Shown one piece after another: positions 33,485 to 43,126 of a stretch of 64,000 nt of DNA. A program made the translations under genes and the position numbers. Under the pieces are notes generated by a model. It was not told the origin of the DNA and ran no database searches. It saw only the letters and a list, made by a program, of their open reading frames with translations. How positions within the stretch are numbered: the first letter of the stretch is position 1; every line of letters starts with the position of its first letter. The stretch is from Actinobacteria bacterium UBA7524 (lineage in GTDB: Bacteria; Actinomycetota; Coriobacteriia; Anaerosomatales; UBA912), in assembly GCA_002478275.1 (NCBI GenBank), contig DLMY01000031.1, positions 62,001 to 126,000 of the forward strand, read 5' to 3'.

Positions 33485-34560
33485 ATGACACCACAGTCCC
33501 TTAGCGGAGAGATGGTCGAGCGTTGGCTGGAGGCCGCCAGTGTGCGCCGCTCGCGGCGCAGCTACGACGAAAGCGGCGTCGCAAAACCCGCACTCACCCG
33601 GCTCAGCGAGCTGAGCGAGGCGTTTCGCCCGTATCCCTTCGCACGCGCTGTGGTGATCGAATCTGCGCCTGCCGACATCTTCACGGGCATCGTCGGGGCG
33701 TACGGACGCATNNNNNNNNNNNNNNNNNNNNNNNNNNNNNNNNNNNNNNNNNNNNNNNNNNNNNNNNNNNNNNNNNNNNNNNNNNNNNNNNNNNNNNNNN
33801 NNNNNNNNNNNNNNNNNNNNNNNNNNNNNNNNNATCGTCGGGGCGTACGGACGCATATCCGGCGCGCCGTCCGCGGTGGCGTTCCTCGGCAATACCGGAC
33901 ACGCCGGCGTCGAGGCCGCTGTCGGGTATACGGGACAAGCGCTCGTGCTCGAGGCCACCGCGCTCGGTTTGTCGACGTGTTGGGTGGGCGGCTTGTTCAG
34001 GGCAAGCCGGGTCGGCGAGGCAGTGGGTCTCGGCGCCGGCGAGAAAGTCTTCGCCGTGACGCCTCTCGGTGTCGCTGCCGAGCGCATCACCGGCACCGAG
34101 CGTCTCGTCTATCGCATGCGTCCGNNNNNNNNNNNNNNNNNNNNNNNNNNNNNNNNNNNNNNNNNNNNNNNNNNNNNNNNNNNNNNNNNNNNNNNNNNNN
34201 NNNNNNNNNNNNNNNNNNNNNNNNNGTCTCGTCTATCGCATGCGTCCGGAAGGCAAGTCCCGTAAGCCCGCCGAGGAGATCGCTCCCGGTTGCGATGCAT
34301 GGCCGCGTTGGGCGCAGGCGGGGGTGGAGGCGGCGCGGCTGGCTCCGAGCGCGATGCACCGCCAGCCGTGGCGTTTCGCGCTTCACGGCGAGGCGGTCAC
34401 GGTGTCGTTCGCGGGACCCGATACTTACAAGGTATCCAAGCGTCTCGACTGCGGTATCGCCATGCTGCACTTCGAGCTTGGCGCGCTTGGCGAGGGTGTT
34501 GCCGGACGGTGGGAGCTGGTGGACAGCGGAGCGACTGTCGCGAGGTACGCCCGAGACTAG
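33485..34560 (+). CDS. Nitroreductase family protein (TM1586-like), split only by two assembly gaps
   Basis: RRSRRSY, LEATALGLSTCWVGG, ARLAPSAMHRQPWRF, LDCGIAMLHFEL; frames join when 23-nt gap overlaps are collapsed. Confidence 0.88.
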
Positions 34561-34664
34561 GTGTCAGGCGAACAGGTGCGACATCACCCTCACCGTGCGG
34601 CTACGACCGAGAAGCGGTGCTATCATCTTCCGCGGCGGACATGCTACCCGGAGGTGAGGCGCCC

Positions 34665-35606
34665 ATGAGCGGGATCGTCGAAGTCAATGGTCTCACCAAG
34701 CTATTCGGGGACCTGGTCGCGGTCGACCACGTGGAGTTCTCCATAGCCCAGGGCGAGATCTTCGGGCTGCTCGGTCCCAATGGAGCAGGCAAGACCACGA
34801 CGATCTCGATGATCTCCGGGCTGCTCGAGCCCACTGGCGGTGATGTTCTCGTCGACGGCCACTCGGTCCGCACGGAGCCGCGAGCCGTCAAGCGTAAACT
34901 CGGCGTCGTGCCTCAGGAGGTCGCGCTCTATCCCACGCTGACCGCTCGCGAGAACCTGCAGTTCTGGGGACGGATGTACGGACTGCGTGGCAAGGAGCTT
35001 TCCTCGGCGGTTGATGAAGCGCTCGAACTCGCCGGGCTCGCCGATCGCGCCAGGGAGCGCATCGAGAAATACTCCGGTGGTATGAAGCGCCGCATCAATA
35101 TCGCGGCGGGGATCCTGCATCACCCGAAAGTGTTGCTCATGGACGAGCCGACCGTCGGAATCGACCCCCAGAGCCGAAATCACATCCTCGAGCAGGTCAA
35201 GGGACTGCGCGGCTCCGGGATGACGGTGCTCTACACGAGTCACTACATGGAGGAGGTCGAGTTCCTCTGCGATCGCGTGGCCATCGTCGATCACGGCAAG
35301 GTCATCGCCATGGGGACGCTGGAAGAGCTGCGCAAGCTCGTCGGTGACGCGGACATCGTGCGCATCGGCGTAGACGAGACGCTCGCCGAGGAAAGCCTTG
35401 TCGCGGTGAGGGCGGTACCGGGCGTCATCCAGGCTGAACGCGCGGACAGCGTGCTCGAGGCCCTGGCTGCCGATGGCGGCGGAGCGCTTGCGGGCATCAT
35501 CTCCGCGCTGAACGCCGCCGGAGAGAAGGTGCACTCCGCCGAGGTGGTGGAGCCGAACCTCGAGAGCGTCTTCCTGCATCTGACCGGCAAATCGCTCAGG
35601 GACTAG
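34665..35606 (+). CDS. ABC-2 type exporter ATP-binding protein (LnrL-like)
   Basis: GPNGAGKTT, YSGGMKRRINIAAG, DEPTVGIDPQSR; GGAGGTGA RBS before ATG 34665. Confidence 0.95.
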   Translation: MSGIVEVNGLTKLFGDLVAVDHVEFSIAQGEIFGLLGPNGAGKTTTISMISGLLEPTGGDVLVDGHSVRTEPRAVKRKLGVVPQEVALYPTLTARENLQFWGRMYGLRGKELSSAVDEALELAGLADRARERIEKYSGGMKRRINIAAGILHHPKVLLMDEPTVGIDPQSRNHILEQVKGLRGSGMTVLYTSHYMEEVEFLCDRVAIVDHGKVIAMGTLEELRKLVGDADIVRIGVDETLAEESLVAVRAVPGVIQAERADSVLEALAADGGGALAGIISALNAAGEKVHSAEVVEPNLESVFLHLTGKSLRD

Positions 35607-35618
35607 GGAGCCGAGCCG

Positions 35619-36863
35619 GTGAAGCGCCTGCTGCATATCGCGCTCAAAGACCTCATGACCTGGTTGCGTGACCCGGCCGCGCTGGGCGTCATGCTCGGCA
35701 TGCCGGTGATCCTGATATTGATACTCGGATCCGCGATGGGCGGCCTGGGCGGTGGAGAAGCCGGTGGCGGCGGGATCAAGGTCGCGATCGTAGACCAGGA
35801 CGAGCCGGTCGCCGACCCGGCGCGTCAGGAACTCGCACTCGGGCGTGAGATCACCACGATGCTCGTCGACAACGATGAGCTTTCGTCGCTGTTCGCCATC
35901 GAGATCTCAGAAGACGCCGACGAGGTGCGCGCCTCTGTCGAGCGCGGTGACCTCGCGGCTGCGCTGATCGTCCCGTCAGGCTTCTCTCGTAGCGTCAACG
36001 AAGGGCAGCCGGTCGAACTCGAGGTCTTGCGCGATCCGGGGGCCGACCTGTCCGCAGGCATCTGGGAGGGCGTGGTTCGCTCGGTCGCAGTCGAGCTCTC
36101 ACGCGTCTCGGTCATCGCGCAGACAGCCGGGCGTGTCGCCGGTGAACAAGGCCTGCCCCCCGAGGCGGTTGGCGCGATCGTCGGTAAGGCTGTCGAGCAG
36201 GCGGCGGCGAGCGAGGAGCGTGCCGTGCGCGTCGAGGTCCGTCAGGCCGAGCGCGAGGGCGAGCCGTTCGGACCGCTGGATTACTACTCGCTGTCCATGA
36301 CCGCGATGTTCCTTCTGTTCGGCTCGATGTTCGGCGCCTTCTCGCTCATCACTGAGAGGCGCGAGCAAACCATGTCCCGCCTCCTTACGACGCCGACTCC
36401 GCGGGCGAGTTTCATAGGCGGCAAGATGCTCGGCATATTCCTGCTGGGCGCCCTGCAGTTCGGAGTTCTCTATGCGTACACCAGCGGTATGATGCGGGTG
36501 GACTGGGGAGGAGACCCGATTGCGACATTGAGCATCGGCATCGCGGAGCTGGCCGCAACCGCGGGACTCGCCGTGCTGATCGCCTCCATCGCGCGGACCG
36601 AGCGGGGAGCGGGCGGGCTCGGACCCCTCGTGATACAGGTGATGGCATTGTTGGGCGGGGCGTTCTTCCCGCTCACCATCCTGCCTGACTGGCTGCAGCC
36701 GGTCCGCTACATCTCCGTGGTCGGGTGGGCGCTCGATGGCTTCCAGGCGGTTCAGACCCGCGGGGCCGGACTGGTCGATGTGATACCGAACATTGCGGCG
36801 CTTGCCGGGTTCGCGGTGGTGTTCTTCGGCATCGGCGTGTGGCGACTGAAGGACGCGAGATGA
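35619..36863 (+). CDS. ABC-2 type exporter permease
   Basis: N-terminal TM, extracellular domain, ERREQTMSRLLTTP, multiple C-terminal TMs. Confidence 0.92.
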   Translation: MKRLLHIALKDLMTWLRDPAALGVMLGMPVILILILGSAMGGLGGGEAGGGGIKVAIVDQDEPVADPARQELALGREITTMLVDNDELSSLFAIEISEDADEVRASVERGDLAAALIVPSGFSRSVNEGQPVELEVLRDPGADLSAGIWEGVVRSVAVELSRVSVIAQTAGRVAGEQGLPPEAVGAIVGKAVEQAAASEERAVRVEVRQAEREGEPFGPLDYYSLSMTAMFLLFGSMFGAFSLITERREQTMSRLLTTPTPRASFIGGKMLGIFLLGALQFGVLYAYTSGMMRVDWGGDPIATLSIGIAELAATAGLAVLIASIARTERGAGGLGPLVIQVMALLGGAFFPLTILPDWLQPVRYISVVGWALDGFQAVQTRGAGLVDVIPNIAALAGFAVVFFGIGVWRLKDAR

Positions 36864-38074
36864 GACGCATCTTGGCCATGCTTTGGGTCTCGGTGATGCA
36901 GGTCGCACGTGACCGCAGCGAACTGGCGAGCCTGATTCTGCTGCCGTTGCTGCTGACGTACGTCTTCGGGGTGGCGTTCGGGTCTCAAGGCGCCGAGCGG
37001 CCGGTCCAGGTCGCGTGGTTGGAGGGCGACCGGAGCGAGTATGCGCTCACGATCCGGGGACTCGTTGACGCCGAGGACGCGATCGAGGTCCGTGAGGTCA
37101 CGCGAGCAGAAGCCGACAGGATGATGAGCGACGGTGAGGCGTCCGTCATCGTGCGGGTCCCGGAGGGGTTCGGCGAGGCCATCGAGGGTGGCGAACCGGC
37201 CTTCGTCGAGGTCGAGCAGGACCCCGATTCCCAGCGGGGTAGCGCTGCGCTTGAAGTGCTCACGGGTGCCGTGGCGCGCGTGAACGCCAACGTCGAAGCG
37301 TCGAGGGCCGCCTTCGATGGGGTGACCGGCCGCATGAAAGGCCTGATCCTGAAGGATGCAGCCGAGCAGCGGATCGCCGGATACTACGAGGTCGCCGACT
37401 CGTTCTGGGAACCCGAGCCTCCGATCGGCGTGACCGGTACGGCGGTGACAGCTTCGGACGTACGGGGCGACAGCGTACTGGCGGCCAGCAATATCCATTA
37501 CTCGGTCGGCTTCACGGTCATGTTCGTGCTCTTCATGGCGTTCGGCTCCGCGGGAGGCATCCTCGAGGAGCGCGAGCAGGGGACACTCAGGCGCCTGGTC
37601 GTCACGCCTTCCCTTCGCGCGCACATCCTCGGGGGGAAGATCGCAGGGGTGATCGGCACATCGACGCTTGAGGCTGTGATCCTCGTGGGGCTCGGCGCGT
37701 TGGCCTTCGCCGTCCCCTGGGGCCGCGACCCCGGTGCGCTGCTACTGGTCCTGGCAGCGTACATCCTTGCGAGCGCCGGCCTCGCAGTCTTCGTGACGGC
37801 GGTCGTGCGGACGAGAGGTCAGCTCTCCGCGATCGGCCCGATAGCCGCGACCGGCCTTTCCATGCTCGGCGGCTGCTACTGGCCGATCGAGGTCACACCG
37901 CCCTTCATGCAGACCATCGCCAAGTTCACGCCCACTGGCTGGGCGATGAGCGGGTTGCTCGATGTCGTCGCCCGGGGACAAGGCCTTGATGCGGCGTGGC
38001 TGCCGGCGGCCGTTCTGTCAGCCTTCGCGGCGCTGGCGTTCAGCGCGGGACTGGCCTTCCTGAAGGTGGAGTAG
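36860..38074 (+). CDS. ABC-2 type exporter permease
   Basis: ATGA overlap with previous gene; EEREQGTLRRLVVTP, LGGCYWPIE. Confidence 0.92.
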   Translation: MRRILAMLWVSVMQVARDRSELASLILLPLLLTYVFGVAFGSQGAERPVQVAWLEGDRSEYALTIRGLVDAEDAIEVREVTRAEADRMMSDGEASVIVRVPEGFGEAIEGGEPAFVEVEQDPDSQRGSAALEVLTGAVARVNANVEASRAAFDGVTGRMKGLILKDAAEQRIAGYYEVADSFWEPEPPIGVTGTAVTASDVRGDSVLAASNIHYSVGFTVMFVLFMAFGSAGGILEEREQGTLRRLVVTPSLRAHILGGKIAGVIGTSTLEAVILVGLGALAFAVPWGRDPGALLLVLAAYILASAGLAVFVTAVVRTRGQLSAIGPIAATGLSMLGGCYWPIEVTPPFMQTIAKFTPTGWAMSGLLDVVARGQGLDAAWLPAAVLSAFAALAFSAGLAFLKVE

Positions 38075-38081
38075 CGCACAC

Positions 38082-38969
38082 ATGCCGGACACCTGGCGTA
38101 AAGAGCCGCTGACATGGGCCGCGATCGGCGTGGCCCTTCTGTTGTGGGCGGCCGCGTTCGCAGGAATCAGGGCGGGCCTGGAGTCCTTCGGCCCGGGCCA
38201 GGTGGCCTTGTTCCGCTTCGGCACGGCTTCGATCGCGCTTGCAGGCTATGCGCTCGCCACCCGGATGCGCCTGCCCGACGCCCGTGACCTCCCGGCCATG
38301 ATGGCGGCAGGTCTTCTGGGCATCACCATCTACCATGTGGCACTCAACTTCGGTGAACGCACGGTGACCGCCGGCGCCGCATCCCTGCTGATATCGACCA
38401 GCCCGGTGTTCACGGCCATACTCTCGGCCAGCGTGCTCAAGGAGCGCGTCACTCCCTGGGGCTGGACCGGCATCGGGATATCCTTCGCCGGTATCGCGCT
38501 GATCACGTTCGGCGAGGGGGGCGAGCTCGGGTTGGAGCCTAACGCGCTACTGATACTCCTTGCTGCTGTGGCAACGTCGGTCTACTTCATCGTCTCCAAG
38601 CGCCCCCTCAAACGCTACACCGCATTGGAGTTCACCACGTACGCGATCTGGGCCGGCACATTGCCGCTGCTCGTGTTCGCCCCCGGGCTGGTCCGCGAGT
38701 TCCCGCACGCCACACCTGAGGCGATCCGGGCCGTGCTGTTCCTCGGGCTGTTCCCGGGTGCGGTGAGCTACCTTCTGTGGAACCATGCGCTCTCAAGGAT
38801 GCCCGCCAGTGTGCTCTCGACGTTCCTGTACTTCCAGCCGGTCAACGCCGTGTGGATCGCATGGCTGTGGCTGGGGGAGGTGCCCTCGCTCCTGGCGATC
38901 GCGGGCGGCGCGATATCGCTGCTCGGGGTGGTGGTCGTCAACACGAAGGGGATAGCGCCGGCGCGATGA
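38082..38969 (+). CDS. DMT/EamA family transporter
   Basis: About 10 TM segments, two EamA repeats, LKERV, WLGEVP. Confidence 0.92.
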   Translation: MPDTWRKEPLTWAAIGVALLLWAAAFAGIRAGLESFGPGQVALFRFGTASIALAGYALATRMRLPDARDLPAMMAAGLLGITIYHVALNFGERTVTAGAASLLISTSPVFTAILSASVLKERVTPWGWTGIGISFAGIALITFGEGGELGLEPNALLILLAAVATSVYFIVSKRPLKRYTALEFTTYAIWAGTLPLLVFAPGLVREFPHATPEAIRAVLFLGLFPGAVSYLLWNHALSRMPASVLSTFLYFQPVNAVWIAWLWLGEVPSLLAIAGGAISLLGVVVVNTKGIAPAR

Positions 38970-39008
38970 CGACAGCTGTGCGACGCGTCGCGCGGCGAGT
39001 GCGTCCGG

Positions 39009-39287
39009 TCAGCCCGTCACGCGGAAACCGGTCAGGCCCTCGACGGGTTCCCCGAAGGTCTGTACGCTGTCGACCCTCGCGCGGTCGGGCCCATGCCCGC
39101 ACCAGGCGACCGCCTGCTCGACGCGTGCCGGGACTCCCTCGAACACCGCCTCGACACTACCGTCCGGCAGGTTACGCACCCATCCCGCGAGCCCGAGGCC
39201 CTCGGCCATCTCGACCGTGCGTTGCCGGAACCAGACGCCCTGGACGCGACCGGTGACGATCACTCGGGTCCTGATCGGTTCGGACAT
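39009..39287 (-). CDS. acyP: Acylphosphatase
   Basis: VTGRVQGVWFR, GWVRNLPDGSVEAVFEG; GAGGAGG RBS. Confidence 0.95.
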   Translation of the reverse strand: MSEPIRTRVIVTGRVQGVWFRQRTVEMAEGLGLAGWVRNLPDGSVEAVFEGVPARVEQAVAWCGHGPDRARVDSVQTFGEPVEGLTGFRVTG

Positions 39288-39356
39288 GGTGTCGACCTCC
39301 TCGGATTGGGAGGATAGCATGTGCGGGCATGCGGGGTCTCGTGGACGAGGCGCGAC

Positions 39357-41705
39357 CTAAGGGACCGCGCACAGCTCGCGGATCGAGTCGTATACACCAT
39401 TCGAGATCGCGGCTTCGCCTCCGAATACGGCGATGCTCTCGATCCTGTTGCGGTTGATGAGCAGCATCGAGCGGGTGTCGGTGACGAGAACGTCCGGCCT
39501 GGTGAGCAGTAGCACGCCGCCGCCGGCGCCGGTCGCCGCTCCCCCTCCCAGGGCGTCGGGGAAAACGAGGCCGGTCGCGACGCCCACGCGTGAACAGGAG
39601 GCCCAGCCCTTCGAGACGGCGTGGTCGGCGAATGCGCGGGCGGTAGCGTAGCGGTCTGGTCCGGCCACACGGGTCCACGCGACATCCGAGCCGGTGAGCG
39701 CATCGGTCACGGCGGAGGAGACGGCGTTCTCACCGCCTACGACCGTCGCCGAGGAGATCCTGATGTCGTCGATGGCCCTGGCGGTGGCGTCGGGGAGCTG
39801 CGAAGGTCGCACGAGCAGAACAGGGGCCCTTCGCGCGTACGCGACTGGAGCGGCGGCCAGCGCATCGGCGAAGCCGTCCCCGCGCACCATGAACGCTTCG
39901 CGCTTGAACGCGGACCCCTGGAGGTCGGCGATCTCACGCGCAACCTCCGCGGCGGTCCCATAGCGGTCTTCCCCTGCGATGCGCGTGGTCAGGAGTCCGC
40001 TTCGCTGCAAGGACAGCTCGACCTGCTCGGATATGGCGCCCGGGCCGCCGACAAGCACGGCCCTCTTGGCGCCGAGCCGGACCAGCTCGGAGAGAGTGTC
40101 GGTTCTCAGAGTGTCGCGTGGCGTCAGGAGCAGCGGTGAACGGTATGCGCCCGCGAGTCCGGAAGCAGAGAGCGCATCGGGGAAGTCGTGGCCTACCGCC
40201 AAGACCACAGTGTCGGCCTGACCGGCCTCGTACGTCGCACGAGAGATCTCGAGTGCGGTCGCGTAACGATCGGGACCAGCGATGCGGGTGAGGCTCATGG
40301 GCATGATGGGGGCAGAGGGGGGGCCGTAGAGTGCGACGATGCCCGCCCGGTCCCCTTCGGCCAAGACCCTCTTCGTCGTTCCGGACTTCGACATGCCGTA
40401 CATCACCTTGGGGGCATCCGCTTCTCCGTACAGGTCACCCAGGGCAAGCCAGTGCCCGAACTCATGGGCGGCGACCGACTGCACGTCGAACGTGCCTGGT
40501 GAACCGTCCCCCCAGTTGCTCACCGAGTCACTGAAGATGACGTCGGCCTCGCATATGTCGTACCTGCCATCGCCGTTGGAGTCGCGGCGGTAGAACCAGA
40601 CGCGGGCCTCGGCCAGGGCGCCAGAGAAGCTCGTCGTGCCCCACCACACCTCATTGACCGCGTTCTCCCCGCGCGGGGCGCTGGTCGTGCCGTCGGCCGC
40701 GAAGAGCAGCCCAGAGCTGCCGTTCCATGCCGATGCTCCCCGTTCTACCTGTGTACGTCTCGTAGAGCTGACGTTCGAGGAGACCTTGAACGGTACGGTT
40801 GCGTTAGGCCATGCCGCCGGACCCAGTGAGTACGGGACATCCAGGTGGAAGCCGGGGGAGGAGCCCTGTGCCGCACTCCACACTAGTACCGGCCCCGAGC
40901 TGATCGAGCCTGGCACTTCCACCAGTATCGAGCCGTCGGACCACGAAACGACATTGGTGGCCGGAAGATAGGTACTCGCGGCGTAGTAGAAGTAGACCTC
41001 TCCACGCGTGTCGCCGAAGCCGGTTCCAGTGATCGTGATGAGCGCGCCGGCTCCGGCGGGTGCCTGAGCGGGACTGATGCTGGAGATCATCGGTCCTCCG
41101 GCGGACGAAGCGGTACCTTCCACGTCGCCGGTCGCCTCCGGAGACGTTCCGGTCAGGGCGGCGACCGGGGACGTCTCGAATGTCTGGACGGGTGGTGGCG
41201 AAACGACCGGGAAGCCCTGGCGCGCAAGGCGTACCCTGTGCTCGAAGAGCTGCAGGGGCTCGCCGGTGCGCTCGATCCGTTCGTCGCGCACCCTGAGCAC
41301 TCCCTGGTAGCCACCCACCACACGGCGTCGGGCGTCGAGGAACACGACCACGCGCTCCCCTCGGTGAAACGAAGGCGCGCCTGACACCCATAGGGTCTTG
41401 TCGCCGAGAGAGCCGCCGGGAACGGCCAGCACCACATCATCGGGCAGGGAGCCGGCCATGTGGGCACTCACCGCGAGCCGCACCTCGGTGACGATGCCAC
41501 TCTCGTTGTCTGACCGGGCGACAGTCGACACGACCTCAGCGACAACGACGTCGCGGGCCGCCAACGACAGTGCGGCGTCGTTCATCGGCTGCATCAATGC
41601 GTCGGCCGGTGACGGCATCGCGAATAGCGCACTCGCCAGCGTGGCGACCGATATCGCGCAAGCTGCGATGCAGCGGGGGAACGTTGTGAGACCTCGACTC
41701 AGCAC
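39357..41705 (-). CDS. Secreted metzincin-like metalloprotease with IPT/TIG domain and three CWB2 repeats
   Basis: Signal peptide; ITITGTGFG..W.D.SI.V.VP (IPT); HEFGHWLALGD + VMY Met-turn; RIAG.DRY.TA and (F)PDAL/ADAL...LL repeats; start GTG 41705 inferred. Confidence 0.85.
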   Translation of the reverse strand: MLSRGLTTFPRCIAACAISVATLASALFAMPSPADALMQPMNDAALSLAARDVVVAEVVSTVARSDNESGIVTEVRLAVSAHMAGSLPDDVVLAVPGGSLGDKTLWVSGAPSFHRGERVVVFLDARRRVVGGYQGVLRVRDERIERTGEPLQLFEHRVRLARQGFPVVSPPPVQTFETSPVAALTGTSPEATGDVEGTASSAGGPMISSISPAQAPAGAGALITITGTGFGDTRGEVYFYYAASTYLPATNVVSWSDGSILVEVPGSISSGPVLVWSAAQGSSPGFHLDVPYSLGPAAWPNATVPFKVSSNVSSTRRTQVERGASAWNGSSGLLFAADGTTSAPRGENAVNEVWWGTTSFSGALAEARVWFYRRDSNGDGRYDICEADVIFSDSVSNWGDGSPGTFDVQSVAAHEFGHWLALGDLYGEADAPKVMYGMSKSGTTKRVLAEGDRAGIVALYGPPSAPIMPMSLTRIAGPDRYATALEISRATYEAGQADTVVLAVGHDFPDALSASGLAGAYRSPLLLTPRDTLRTDTLSELVRLGAKRAVLVGGPGAISEQVELSLQRSGLLTTRIAGEDRYGTAAEVAREIADLQGSAFKREAFMVRGDGFADALAAAPVAYARRAPVLLVRPSQLPDATARAIDDIRISSATVVGGENAVSSAVTDALTGSDVAWTRVAGPDRYATARAFADHAVSKGWASCSRVGVATGLVFPDALGGGAATGAGGGVLLLTRPDVLVTDTRSMLLINRNRIESIAVFGGEAAISNGVYDSIRELCAVP

Positions 41706-41974
41706 GTTTCCTTCCTGATCCGTTCGGCGTCCATTGTATCGGTCGAACCGGCCGCCGAGCCCAGGGCGTCTCGCCGGGCGGTCGAAACGAACCGCTGACG
41801 CCTGGCCGTATATCAGTGTCACCTGCTCGTTACCCTCCCGCCACCGGGACTGAACGTTATCGACCGACTCTAGTATCAGGCCGTGGGAACCACAGGGCCT
41901 GACATGACGAGGAGGGCGAGGGCCGCGTTACCGGGCCCGACGCTCAGGACAGCAAATGGAAGGCCGGATCGAAA

Positions 41975-42307
41975 GTGTCGAGTGTACGAGTGTCGCCAGC
42001 GAGAAGGTTGATGATTGCCGTGGGGATCGCCGCGATGGCGTGTTCCGGAATGCTCTCCCTCGCCCTGGCAGGGCCCAGCGGCCGTAGTGAAGTGGATGTT
42101 CCCGAGCTACCGGTCCCGACGACATCCGTCGTCATCGCGCGGGAAGTGGAGGCGGTCGCGCGTGGGTGGCGGCTCGTGAGGAAGCGGCAGGGCAAGATGA
42201 GTCTCCCGGTCGGCGGCGCCGCGGTGATAGCATGTACTAGTCGTGCCCCGGAGTCGCCACCAGGGTGTACGGTCGTGAGACCGAAGATTTCCGTGCCACC
42301 CATCTGA
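41975..42307 (+). CDS. Hypothetical small secreted/membrane protein
   Basis: Fills gap; basic N-terminus followed by hydrophobic stretch; GGAAGG upstream; no recognisable motif. Confidence 0.35.
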   Translation: MSSVRVSPARRLMIAVGIAAMACSGMLSLALAGPSGRSEVDVPELPVPTTSVVIAREVEAVARGWRLVRKRQGKMSLPVGGAAVIACTSRAPESPPGCTVVRPKISVPPI

Positions 42308-42327
42308 TGAGAGGCCATTTCGTTTCG

Positions 42328-42984
42328 ATGCATGAGGTTGCCGAATCCAAACGCATCGCTCGCCCGTACAGTCTGGGCGAGGAGATCGCCAACAGCATCA
42401 TCCACGGCCTGGGGATCGGGCTGAGCGTCGCGGGCCTGACCCTGCTTGTCGTGTTCTCCGTGTCCGCAGGTGACGGTTGGCGCCTTGCGGCTTCCATAGT
42501 GTTCGGCGTGACGCTCGTGCTGGAGTACACCGCGTCGACCCTGTACCACAGCTTCCCGCAGCCCCAGGTCAAACATGTGTTCAAGATCCTGGACCACGCG
42601 GGCATCTATCTGCTGATCGCCGGTTCTTACACGCCCTTCACCCTCGTAACGTTAAGGGATGCGGGCGGGTGGTGGTTGTTCGCTTTCGTCTGGGTCTTCG
42701 CGGTCATCGGCATCTCGACCGAAGCGTTTTGGGCGTATCGTCCCCGATGGGTCTCGGTGGCCGTCTATCTTGCCATGGGTTGGGTGGTTGTGCTCGCCGT
42801 GCGTCCGCTCATGGAGAACCTGGCGCCCGCCGGCCTGTGGCTTCTGGTCGCCGGAGGACTCTCATACACCCTCGGCACGGTCTTCTACTTGCTCAAGCGT
42901 GTCCCGTACATGCACGCGGTGTGGCATCTCTTCGTTCTCGGAGGAAGTGCGTGCCACTTCCTGGCGGCTCTCCTGTACGTCTGA
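42328..42984 (+). CDS. Hemolysin III/PAQR family membrane protein (TrhA-like)
   Basis: EEIANSIIHG, STLYHS, LDHAGIYLLIAGSYTP, HAVWHLFV. Confidence 0.95.
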   Translation: MHEVAESKRIARPYSLGEEIANSIIHGLGIGLSVAGLTLLVVFSVSAGDGWRLAASIVFGVTLVLEYTASTLYHSFPQPQVKHVFKILDHAGIYLLIAGSYTPFTLVTLRDAGGWWLFAFVWVFAVIGISTEAFWAYRPRWVSVAVYLAMGWVVVLAVRPLMENLAPAGLWLLVAGGLSYTLGTVFYLLKRVPYMHAVWHLFVLGGSACHFLAALLYV

Positions 42985-43126
42985 CGGTACCGACCGTTCA
43001 GCATGCGTGAGAACCGTTCGTCCCCGCTACCTGCCGCTCGCCTGAAGTCCCCTGTATCTTCCCGGCTGTTGTGACGATGAATACAGTATCCGTGCGAGTG
43101 GACGCAGCCTGAGGAAGCCGAGTCCG

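Noticed and set aside
33485..34657. Fragmented nitroreductase pseudogene
   Set aside because: Frames join after collapsing the two gap overlaps
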